Shown in pieces: positions 33,366-43,484 of a DNA stretch of 64,000 nucleotides. The translations under genes and the position numbers were made by a program. Source of the DNA: Microcoleus sp. (GTDB lineage: Bacteria > Cyanobacteriota > Cyanobacteriia > Cyanobacteriales > Microcoleaceae). Where the stretch lies: positions 1,568,001 through 1,632,000 of the forward strand of contig CP181291.1 of assembly GCA_052279835.1 (NCBI GenBank). Reading direction: 5' to 3'. The notes beneath the pieces are model-generated. The model saw nothing but the letters and a program-made list of their open reading frames with translations, was not told the origin of the DNA and made no database searches. Numbering within the stretch: position 1 is the first letter of the stretch; every line of letters starts with the position of its first letter.

Positions 33366-34310
33366 ATGAACCAAAAATTGCTATATAGCCGATATATGGC
33401 TCAAGAGTTAGTTAGGCGGTATAGGACTGGAGAGCGCGATTTCAGAGGTCTTGAGCTGAGCAACGCCTACCTGTACGACTTTTGGCTGATTGATGTTAAT
33501 TTGAGCGGTGCTAATTTGGAAGGCGCTAGTTTGGGCGGTACTTATTTAATTAATTCTAACTTGAGCCATACGAATTTAGAAAAAGCATGGCTGGATTCAG
33601 CCCTACTGATTAAGGCAAACTTGAGTAATGCCAATCTTAGGAATACTACATTGGTTAATGCCGACTTGAGGGGGGCCAATTTGACTGGCGCCGATTTGAC
33701 GGGTGCCGACTTGACGGATGCGGTGCTGATTGAGACTAACTTAACTGATGTTAACCTGACCGATATTAAAACAACAGAGCGGACTATTTTCCATCAAGTG
33801 ACTATGCCTGACGGCAGGATTCAAAACGATTTAAACAGAACGTTGTCTGCTGAAGAATTGCTCCGGCGCTATAGCGAGGGCGAGCGAAATTTTCAGGATA
33901 AAATATTGCATCGTGTAGATTTGAGCGGTGCTGACTTGCGTGATATTGAGCTGAGTCCTTCTTGCTTAAGCTATGTCAACTTTAGTAGTGCTTGTTTAGA
34001 AAATAATTTGGGTTTGGGAAGAGAACTTATATTTTGCGATTTGAGAAATGCTCGATTGAGTCAGCCTGAAGATTATTGTGGTGTCAGTTTTATTTATTGC
34101 GATTTGAGAGACTCTAATTTATCAGGAGTTGACATGAGTAATTCTCTCTTCATAAGAAGCAACTTCCTGGGAGCTAAAAATTGTCTCTCTGGTGGTATTC
34201 AAGGAGATGTATTCTTTTACCAGACTACTTGGACAGATGGAGAATTTATCCAGGGTCCAACCAGTGCTACTCAACACTGGCGCGGAGAGACTATAGAGGG
34301 TGAATTTTAA
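33366..34310 (+). CDS. Two-module pentapeptide-repeat protein
   Basis: Two ELxRRYxxGERxF caps, each followed by pentapeptide repeats. Confidence 0.88.
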   Translation: MNQKLLYSRYMAQELVRRYRTGERDFRGLELSNAYLYDFWLIDVNLSGANLEGASLGGTYLINSNLSHTNLEKAWLDSALLIKANLSNANLRNTTLVNADLRGANLTGADLTGADLTDAVLIETNLTDVNLTDIKTTERTIFHQVTMPDGRIQNDLNRTLSAEELLRRYSEGERNFQDKILHRVDLSGADLRDIELSPSCLSYVNFSSACLENNLGLGRELIFCDLRNARLSQPEDYCGVSFIYCDLRDSNLSGVDMSNSLFIRSNFLGAKNCLSGGIQGDVFFYQTTWTDGEFIQGPTSATQHWRGETIEGEF

Positions 34311-34547
34311 ATTTGAAGAAGTAGCCGCAGCGGATACATCTATTTCAAAAAACAGGAATTACGCAGAGCCTTGAGGAAACTGTTATAATGCGTTGAACAT
34401 TATGTATCTCCCCAACCTATTTCATATCCTCGATTTGGTTAACCGTCAACTTCCATGTCTGCCAATTTCTCCAAGCAGCTTTGTATTGATAAAAAGTAAA
34501 AGTGACAGTGCTATTATAAAAGTATAAACACCTTGAACAAGAAAGCT

Positions 34548-35228
34548 ATGGACGTTGAAGAACTATATAGACGTTACGCTGCGGGAGAGAGGGATTTCCC
34601 TGGAGTTGATTTAAGTCATGCTGATTTAAACGTTGCTAAAGTGACATTCCTCGAAGAACTCGAACCAGGTCAAAATTACTTGAGCGGTATCAATTTCAGC
34701 GGTGCGAACTTGAGGATGGCCAATCTGAGTTATGTTAATCTCAGCGGTGCTAACTTGAGTGGCGTCCAACTATGCGATGGCGATTTGAGTGAGGCGAACT
34801 TATCTGGTACCAACTTAAGCAATGCTAACCTGTTCTATACCAGTTTGATTAAAGCAGATCTGAGTGGAGCAGATTTGAGTGGAGCCAACTTGAACTGTAC
34901 TCAATTAAACTGTGCTGATCTGAGTGGAGCTAACCTGAGTAAAACCAATTTAGCCGAAGCTGACCTAAGCGGAGCAGATTTAAGTCAAGCAGACCTGAGT
35001 GGAGCTAACCTGGAAGAAGCATCACTGGCGGAAGTCAACTTGACTGGGGCTTGTTTAACAGATACTTATCTAGGTGAACCCCTGCTCACAAGAGCTAATC
35101 TAACAGGAGTAAATTTAAGTGAAGCGATCATTGATTTAGAGTTGGCTAACATTAGTGGAATTGAAGGGGCAATCTTCTGCAATACAATCATGTCCGATGG
35201 CAGCACGAGGAATGACCATTGTGAGTGA
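34548..35228 (+). CDS. Pentapeptide-repeat protein
   Basis: MDVEELYRRYAAGERDF cap, regular ADLSG/ANLSG repeats, TIMSDG end. Confidence 0.9.
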   Translation: MDVEELYRRYAAGERDFPGVDLSHADLNVAKVTFLEELEPGQNYLSGINFSGANLRMANLSYVNLSGANLSGVQLCDGDLSEANLSGTNLSNANLFYTSLIKADLSGADLSGANLNCTQLNCADLSGANLSKTNLAEADLSGADLSQADLSGANLEEASLAEVNLTGACLTDTYLGEPLLTRANLTGVNLSEAIIDLELANISGIEGAIFCNTIMSDGSTRNDHCE

Positions 35229-35303
35229 GTCTTCCACTCTAAGCTGAAGTTCCCCCAGATGAGAACTTCAACTTAAACAGCGCAAACTGAGAACTGTGAA
35301 GAC

Positions 35304-36033
35304 TTATGTAACCACAGATGGAAAATCATTTACGTTAGTAGGTCCAGAATAAATCCGGTTTTCAATTACATTTTCGATTTCATCTGGGAGATTTGACAAA
35401 AGATCTAGACCTGTAAGTTCTTCGACCTCTCTGACCGTAGTTATTTGATCTTGCCATCGCGGTGGAATTATATCTGGCGGATTAGCAATGCCATTAGGCA
35501 TGGAAAGTTTCAAACCCGGTATTTCCGTAACCAATTCTGTTTGTATCTGCGTTGTTGTAGCCAGAATCGTAAGGACCATTGGCTTCTGATAAGCTAATAG
35601 TTTCCAGTGTGGTAACACCATTATCTCCTTCTAAAGAAACTCTAAGATTGCCACCACTGAGGCTAGGTACATGGAGATTGAACCGCAGAGTTCCAGACTC
35701 AGGCACGACAAAACGGTTGTGGGTAATACTTTTACCTGATTCTAGCTTCAGAGCATAATTTGGTAGAGTGCGATCGACTCCAATTCGATCCAGTTCCGCA
35801 TCCAAAGCCGGAGCATCCGTTGCAGATAGCTGATTCACATCAACGAGATTGTTTGTAGTTACACTCGCTGACGTTTCACCATTATGAAAAGACCAACCAG
35901 GAATCGCATCAGAAAAAAGAGTCCGATTACCACCCTGCGGATTGAAAACAGCATCGAAATTGCCGTTAAACAGAGTGGGAACCGCAAAATCTCCCCGCAT
36001 TCTGGCATCATAAGTATTGTCAAAATCAACCGG
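35304..36033 (-). pseudogene. Second orphan toxin module: conserved middle segment joined to a variant nuclease C-terminus, catalytic core deleted
   Basis: 35666-36033 matches ~38820-39185; diverges after LHVP; out-of-frame junction ETFH / MPN...VEELTGLDLLSNLPDEIE. Confidence 0.82.
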
Positions 36034-36076
36034 AAAGTGCTAATATAAAAGTATAAAAAACTTGAATAAGAAAGCT

Positions 36077-36733
36077 ATGGACGTTGAAGAACTTTATAGG
36101 CGTTACGCGGCCGGAGAGAGGGATTTCTCTGGAGTTGATTTAAGTGGCGCTAATTTCAATGTTGCTAATGTGACATTCCTCGAAGAACTCGAACCAGGTC
36201 AAAATTACTTGAGCGGTATCAATCTGTGCGGTGCTAATTTGACTAGAGCTAAGATGACTTTTGTTAATCTCAGCGGTGCTGACTTAAGAGGTACTCAACT
36301 ATTTGATGCCACCCTCAAAGACGTTAACCTGAATGATGCCAACCTCAGTGGTGCTAATCTCTCTTTGATCAACACTGATGATTCTAGTTTCAAGCGAGCT
36401 AACCTTAAGGGGGCTATTCTGTCGGAAGCTGGTATGTACACCGTCGATCTTGAAGATGCCAACCTTAGTGAGGCCAATCTCCAATGCGCCACCACAAGAG
36501 ATTCTAGTCTCAAGCGAGTTAATCTTGAGGGGGCTATTCTGTGGGAATCTGGTATGTCCAACTGCGATCTAGAGGGTGCTAACCTCAAAAAAGTTCTTTT
36601 AGATGAAGCAGGTTTTTCCGACTGCAACCTGAGAGATGCGATTTTTGACGACGATAACTGGTGGCGTAGTTGTTATGTAAAAAACACTATCATGCCTGGA
36701 GGAACCGCTCTCACAAACGTGATTGAGGACTGA
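36077..36733 (+). CDS. Pentapeptide-repeat protein
   Basis: Same N-terminal ~50 aa as the 34548 gene, divergent repeat body, TIMPGG end. Confidence 0.9.
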   Translation: MDVEELYRRYAAGERDFSGVDLSGANFNVANVTFLEELEPGQNYLSGINLCGANLTRAKMTFVNLSGADLRGTQLFDATLKDVNLNDANLSGANLSLINTDDSSFKRANLKGAILSEAGMYTVDLEDANLSEANLQCATTRDSSLKRVNLEGAILWESGMSNCDLEGANLKKVLLDEAGFSDCNLRDAIFDDDNWWRSCYVKNTIMPGGTALTNVIED

Positions 36734-36835
36734 AGCGGAGACAGGACGTACCCCCACTTCTAATATCAATTTAAAAAAATCTTGCTATTCTAAACAGTGC
36801 CCAATATGCTGTTGCATAATTTTTATTCAACTTGG

Positions 36836-37402
36836 TTAATCGTCAGTTTCCATCTCAGCATATTTATCAGTCACAACTTGTCCATCTGGCATGATAGTAT
36901 TTCTCTTGTCGCTGTAGTCTAAATCGCAACCTTCAACGAGTGCTCCTCTCAAATTGGCCTCATACAGACAAGTTTCACCCATAATTGCATTTCTAAGGTC
37001 TGCTCCTTCCAGATTGGCTCCTTCCAAGCTAACTTCAAATAAACAAGCATTTTGCAGGTTGGCATTTCGGAGATTAGTATATTCCAAATTACCATCGGTA
37101 AAGCAGGCATTACTTAGGTTAGCTCTCTCCAAGGAAGCATTTCTTAGGTTGGCTTCTAAACTAGCATTAGACAAATCTGCTTCGTCCAGTATAGCATGAC
37201 TTAAATCAGCAAAATCCAATTTAGCTGACCTGAAAATTGTACGTCTGAAATTGGCTTCTTTCAGCATGGCACCTCTTAAGTCAGCTTCAGTGAAGTCAGC
37301 CTCACTCAAGTTTACGCCTCTTAGTTCGGCATCTTCTAGATTAACCCGACGAAAATCTCTTTCACCCGCTGCGTACCTTTTGAGCAGTTCTTCTGCGCGC
37401 AT
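36836..37402 (-). CDS. Pentapeptide-repeat protein (candidate cognate immunity protein)
   Basis: Co-directional, ~110 bp downstream of the toxin stop; closest paralogue of the 30195 gene. Confidence 0.9.
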   Translation of the reverse strand: MRAEELLKRYAAGERDFRRVNLEDAELRGVNLSEADFTEADLRGAMLKEANFRRTIFRSAKLDFADLSHAILDEADLSNASLEANLRNASLERANLSNACFTDGNLEYTNLRNANLQNACLFEVSLEGANLEGADLRNAIMGETCLYEANLRGALVEGCDLDYSDKRNTIMPDGQVVTDKYAEMETDD

Positions 37403-37511
37403 AATTTGCCTTTTTAATCTATTTACACTTTCATCTGATACTGAAGTTCTGTCCTCTGGAGTAAGTCCTGACTGATGAAGTGTAAGTACCTTATCAGCCA
37501 GGAGAAATTAT

Positions 37512-40500
37512 TTATAAAAGAGGGCTAGAACTATCTGTTTCGATAATCTCTTGAATTTCTTCAGGCACATTTGACAAAAAGTCATATCCTGTAAGCTCTT
37601 CAAGATAATCAACATTAACGCGCCACTGTTGCCAGTCATTCCAGTTAGTTACACCATTGGGAAGAAATCCGTTAGGATATGATGGACTATCTGGCAATCT
37701 GTAGTTGGGATCGGGAGTGCTTCGATTGCGTCTATTGGGTGTGATGACAGCAATGACCTGCGTATTGGCAGTGACATCAGCTATTCCTTGACCGGGTTCT
37801 AAGGGAACGATAATTTTCCAAGTGTAGTTAGGTATTCCAATAGTTTTCGGATTGGGAGTCAAAGTCCCATTTAGATCGAGAACAACTCTGCCCTGAGTAT
37901 TTGTTGAAATCTTATTGTGGATCTCTCTAAGGTCAGAATGACCTCTAGGTACTGCTGGACTGTAATCAAACCCGCCAGCAATAATGTAGAGTTCACGGTT
38001 ATGTTGTCGAACGAGTTCTCGTCTGCTGTAGTTTTCGAGAGCAGCCCACGCAGTACCTCCGCGATTATTGCCTCGATGTTGTGGAAGTACGTTAGTTGTT
38101 AGGAATGTAGAGTAAACATCCTTAGTGGTACGATCGCGGTCTGCTACTGGAGTCATGTGCCCTCTTTCCATCCCGCGATCGTTCAATCGGTAATCAGGCC
38201 CCTCTGTACGCACCCAGGTACTAGGTAGATCGCTATCTCCAAGCCAGGGATAATCTACTCGCCCCGCTGGATAAGTTCCATTTGGAAAACCTGCGGGAGG
38301 ATAATCTGGTGGGGCAGTATTTGGTCCTGGTCTTGTTGTATTACCTAACCAACTTTTGTTAAGTTGCCAACTTACCCAGTTGGGGCCTTTGGTAGCATCG
38401 TTGTATGAAAGCGTGTACTGTGGCTTCTCGATTAGGTAGTTTTCACGGTGAGTAGTTTCAGAAGGCCGGGCAAAGGTGGGATTCCCAAGTTTGGTAGAAA
38501 TGCTTTGGAAGAAAACATCATCCAGATAAACAGTGCCGTCAGTTAATTCAAACTTGAGAGTCGCTACCTCGCCTCGCAATTCTTCTGGTATATCTACGTG
38601 GAATGTTTCAAATCCTCTGTCTCCATAACCAATCCTGTAAGTATCGGTGTCGGGATAGCCTACGGGGTAAGCTATTTCAGAAGAACCTGGATTGACGCGA
38701 CCATCTGCTGCTCTGAGATCGATCGTACCACCATCAACAGTTTCTAACAGTTGGTATTCATCATTAGGTGCATTGCCTTTGATAGAAACTTTGACTTTTC
38801 CATTGGTGGTAAGTTCAGGTACGTGAAGATTAAACCGCAGAGTTCCAGACTCAGGCACGACAAAACGGTTGTGGGTAATACTTTTACCTGATTCTAGCTT
38901 CAGAGCATAATTTGGTAGAGTTCGATCGACCCCAATGCGATCCAATTCTGCATCCAAAGCCGGAGCATCCGTTGCAGATAGCTGATTCACATCAACGAGA
39001 TTGCTTGTAGTTACACTCGCTGACGTTTCACCATTATGAAAAGACCAACCAGGAATCGCATCAGAAAAAAGAGTCCGATTCAGTCCCTGCGGATTGAAAA
39101 CAGCATCGAAATTGCCGTTAAACAGAGTGGGAACCGCAAAATCTCCCCGCATCCTCGCATCATAAGTATTGTCAAAATCAACCGGGATACGCTCTACATT
39201 CGTTTGGGGACGAAACTCCGAACCGCCGCCCAAAACCGAATAAAACCACCCCGTACCAATTCCCTCCCAAGGAGCACCATCAACACCATGTTCAAAACGC
39301 TCTTCCGGTGTATACCAAGGGCTAACGCGAGCGGAACTTGTCAAAACAGTACCGCCAAATGAAAAGTCCTTATCGAACAAAGGTTCGCGATATCCATCAC
39401 CGCGCCGGCGGAAAATAGGATTAACATCTAAGTCTTCATCAAAGGGGAAGTTAGTTGGAAAGAGGTCTGATGTTCCTCCATACCAGCCCAAAACACGTCC
39501 GTGTACAGCGCCCCTGCCAGCAATACCAACAGTAGGATCTGTTTCCTTCGTAAACCCAGCACGACTGCTATTGTAATCTGGGTTATTTTTATTAGTTCCC
39601 AGAAAAACCGACAAATCCGGTTCTCCCAACAGCGGAGCAGTAGCATCGGGATTTTCTGACCTCCAACCTTCTCGCGGAAACTGAAGTCCGGGGGCTGTTT
39701 TTCCATCTTCAGTAGACGGAAGATTGGGAATATCCCGACCCGCAGGCGAAACCGTACCGCTTAATAAATTCGGTACTGTCTGATAGTAATTATCCGCAAA
39801 AGTGACATTTTTCCACACCTGAACCTTCGGTTCGCGGAAATCCCCGAAATTATTTGTCACCACATTTAGCCCCGGTTGATCGAAATCGTGGGGGTCTAAA
39901 GTTGTCATCTGAAGGTCGCGAATATCAGAGTTTTCTTTTCCACCCGCTTCAGGAAAATGAGTCCCCAAACGCTGAATAATTTCGCTGTTAACAACTGTTC
40001 CCCGACTGAAACCAATAAAATGCAGCGGTGAATTAAAAATTGCCCCTTGTTTTGCCGTGCTATTTTCATCAATGAACAGTTGGTCTAACTGCACGATAGA
40101 AGTAAAGAAAGCATCTGCCACTGCTTCGCTAAAACCTGAATCAGGAGCGGCCGATTCATTATTGTTCGACCAGTCATTCAGCAGCACTAACGGTTGATTT
40201 TTGTCAAGGTATGGAGCTATATAACTCTTCAACTTGGTGAGATAGCCTGGGTCGTCTTTTGGACTCAAACCTGCTGGGAAGTCTCCGGCAACAGCTCCAT
40301 ATTTGGTAACAGGAACCCAATAACCAGTAGCGAGGTCGTACCTCATCATCAAACCGTTGTCCTCAGCCCCTGCATTGGCAATACTATTGCCCAGTTGGTA
40401 AAACTCTGAAGGAATTCCAGGGTTATTAAAAAAGGGAGGACTAAAGGGAGGTTTGAAGCCATGAGTCAGCACAGTTACGCTAGGGAAGGTATCGTCATCA

Positions 40501-43179
40501 TCATTGGGATCGCTTAATGTCGTCCAAAAATCGCCAAACTCTATGTTTCGGCTGCCATTTTTATTCCAAGCTTCAACTGCCCAATTGTACTCCTGACCCG
40601 CTGTCAAAGTAAGGTTGTCAGGTAGCGTGAAGCTGGTATTTGTACCTTCAATAAATGTTTTACCGCCATCCAAAGTCCACTTGCCAATGCCGTCCTCACC
40701 TCTTTGCCAAGTTGCTGTCAAAATTCGGTTGGGGTTGAAGTCGTTCTCTTGGCTGTGGTAAAAAGAAGTATTCCAAGGTTTTGTCAGTAAATCCAACTGT
40801 TCTGGTTTGCTCAATCCTTGATTGAAAAGAAATTCGTTACCATTCGGGTCTGGTAAATCGACAACTTCATCCCACGGCAGCAGTCCTTCACCTTCATCGA
40901 ATACGCTCAGGAACAGGTTAACTTCTTCTACATTTGGATTGGGCAATTCGTCAAATTCCCATTCAAAAGTAGGAGTCAAGTCTTCTGTATCCTCACCAGG
41001 CCCTTTCAAATCCAGCCAATCCAGCGGTGTCGCCGCCAAACCGCGAGCATTAGTCACAGCAACGGGAGCTTTCTTGCTACCAGGTGGCACGCCGTAAGTA
41101 TACTGGTTGTTGGCATCAGTCAGAATCTGGAAGTCGGCCGCAACACTAATCGCTGGGTTAATATTATCAATTGGAATCGCCGCCAAGTCAGCAACCGTAG
41201 CATTTCGTGCTGTAGCGCTGTTGAACAAAGGCAGCCCGACACCCCTACCTTTAGCATCAATTTGAAATTGACCGGGATTGGTGACAGTTCTGATAAATTC
41301 CTCAGTGTCAAAGACATAAACCCTGCCATTTGCACCAGTCAAATTTGGATAGGAAGCATATAGGTATTTGCTGTCGCCCGAAAGCACTAAATCAGTAGCA
41401 AACCCGTCGGGAATCGGTCGAGTTGCCGCTACTAATTGCGGATTAGTCAGCGGGTCTTTGATAATGCCGATATTGCTCCCGGCCCGCGGGTCTCCATCTA
41501 TGCTGGGTATTTCCTGACCGAAAAATTTCGGATCGTTATTGCGACCCACAACAAACGCATAACTCGCATCCGGTAAAACTGTTACCGAAACTCCCTCATT
41601 GACATCAAAGTAATCAAAGTCGGAACCCAGCCCTAAACTTGCATAGCGGGTGGTAGCAGCAAAACTTACGGGGTCGTTATTGGTAATATCCAGTACCCCA
41701 AATCCTTTGCTATCTTTGCCGCTGTTTGTAAAGGTCATTTTCAGCGGATCGACCGTCGCAGCTAATCCTTCTACGCCTTCATCTGCTGTTATATTTCCGA
41801 TTAATTGATTCCACTTTTTAGGGTTCTGAGTTGGGTCGCTGGGTCGGTCTTTGGGGTCAATATTCACAACGTAAATCAGGCTGTTTATCCCATTGGGCGC
41901 GGTAACAAACAGCTTTTTGCCGTCGCTGCTAATTGCCATCTGTCGCAAACCGCTAGGCGCCGCACCAACTGTAATAGTTTGGGTGACTTGGTGATATTTG
42001 GACGAGAACGGGTTGATATCGAGAACGTAGATGGAATTGCCGCCAGCTTTGCCGTCAGCAATGTAAGCGTATTGGTCGCGGGAATCTATTACTATTGAAC
42101 GTGGCGATGCACCGCTAGGCAAGTCGATCGGGTTTAAGCCAGCTACATCCGCTTTAGTATCTACCTGCTGGCGGGTTATCGGATCGACCAAAGCCACTCT
42201 ACCGGAAGCTTCCAGGGGTACGTACACGCGAGAACCGTCGCTAGTTACAGTCAAATCTCTGGCTCTATCTAGCCGATCGTCCGTACCTACAGTAATGTTA
42301 CCAATTAGCAAGTCGCTGCTGCTCGTTGTTGTCACAACGGATTTGGGATTGGAAGCGTTGAGGACAGCAATTTTATCTGCCGTCCACTGCGCTGCAAACA
42401 CGTTTTCTGTAGTGTTTTCAACCCGGTAGGAATTGCTGTTGTAGAGAACTTCTTTTGCTGGTTCTGCCGGATTTTGACTAACTTTTTCGTTTTGTTTGCG
42501 GCCCAGAACAATCCGGGAATCGCCCAAGGTTACGGTGTCGGGAACTCTGACGGCTACTTCAAATTGATTGTTTGCTAATTTGCGACTGATGTTAGTTAAT
42601 ATTGTGCCTTCGTAGGTTTTGCCACCAACATTAAATTTTACCACTAAATCGCTGAATTTGCTACCTTTAGTGTCGCCAAAGTTGTCGGCTAAAAAGTTGC
42701 TTCCGGTCAGGAACAAAACTGGTAGATTGTTCTCAAAAGGTTGATTGTTTGCGTCTTTGAACTTGATTTCGGCACTTTCAATCTGTGGAGGATTTTTGGG
42801 ATTAGCCGCAGTTGGAGCGAGTTGAGATGCGCTTCTTTCCGCAAAAATAGGCTCTTTACTGAAGTTGTCGATTTGTCTTTCGTTTGCAGGTTCGCCAGTG
42901 AGAGAATCGAGTTCAGGCGATTTTTTTACGGGGGGGGGTAAAACTAAAATCCTGAAATTCGGGGTTAAAATTGATGAATTTGGACGAGATTGGGGTATCT
43001 TCGAGGTTATTGTTAAAACTGTCTGGAAGTTCGGGGAGTGCTGGTTCTGGAGTAGGGCTGCTAAGGGCTTGAGGATTAAGTGAGTTTGCGGTATTTAGGT
43101 CAAATTCTGGTATTAAGGTCGTTTCGCCAATAGGGAATGGCTCTTGACTGTTGAAGGGCGATTTATTGGAAAATTTCAT
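37512..43179 (-). CDS. Large multidomain putative polymorphic toxin with C-terminal DNA/RNA non-specific endonuclease; +1 frameshift at a C9/A7 tract (~42921-42938)
   Basis: Removing one base fuses ORF 42913-43179 to ORF 37512-42716 (1888 aa); YVTN-like propeller repeats, THGF...GFSRG...LDPH, PNWVSW...ERGH...NVLPQ...N...W..LE nuclease motifs. Confidence 0.85.
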
Positions 43180-43359
43180 AAGATGCGAACAAGCGATACA
43201 GTAACTTGTTGTGATTCTTAGTATCTCACCATAGGAAAATTGTTTCTGTCAAGCTGTTGAGGCAGAAATGTGGATTTTTGTTATAAAAATTTACATTGTG
43301 TTAGAGATGACTGGTACGATCGCCCTCAATTAGGCAAAAACAATCTCGATCGTCCCGTA

Positions 43360-43461
43360 ATATCGTTTCTAATTAAATCGGAATGATCTAACCGCAGAGA
43401 GCGCAGAGGGCACAGAGAGAGAATAGAGAGATGAATACAGGACGATGCTACCGGATTCGAT
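43360..43461. repeat. Inverted copy of the 16488-16623 dispersed repeat
   Basis: ATCGGAATGATCTAACCGC and AATACAGGACGATG blocks. Confidence 0.55.
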
Positions 43462-43484
43462 CTAAGAGAGCAATTGCAGCATAA

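Noticed and set aside
30001..37500. Shufflon or integron cassette array
   Set aside because: No recombinase or integrase in the window and no consistent inverted recombination sites or attC-like structures that I could support
31025..39809. Diversity-generating retroelement (template/variable repeat pair)
   Set aside because: No reverse transcriptase in the window; the repeat is 2.3 kb and differences are not adenine-specific
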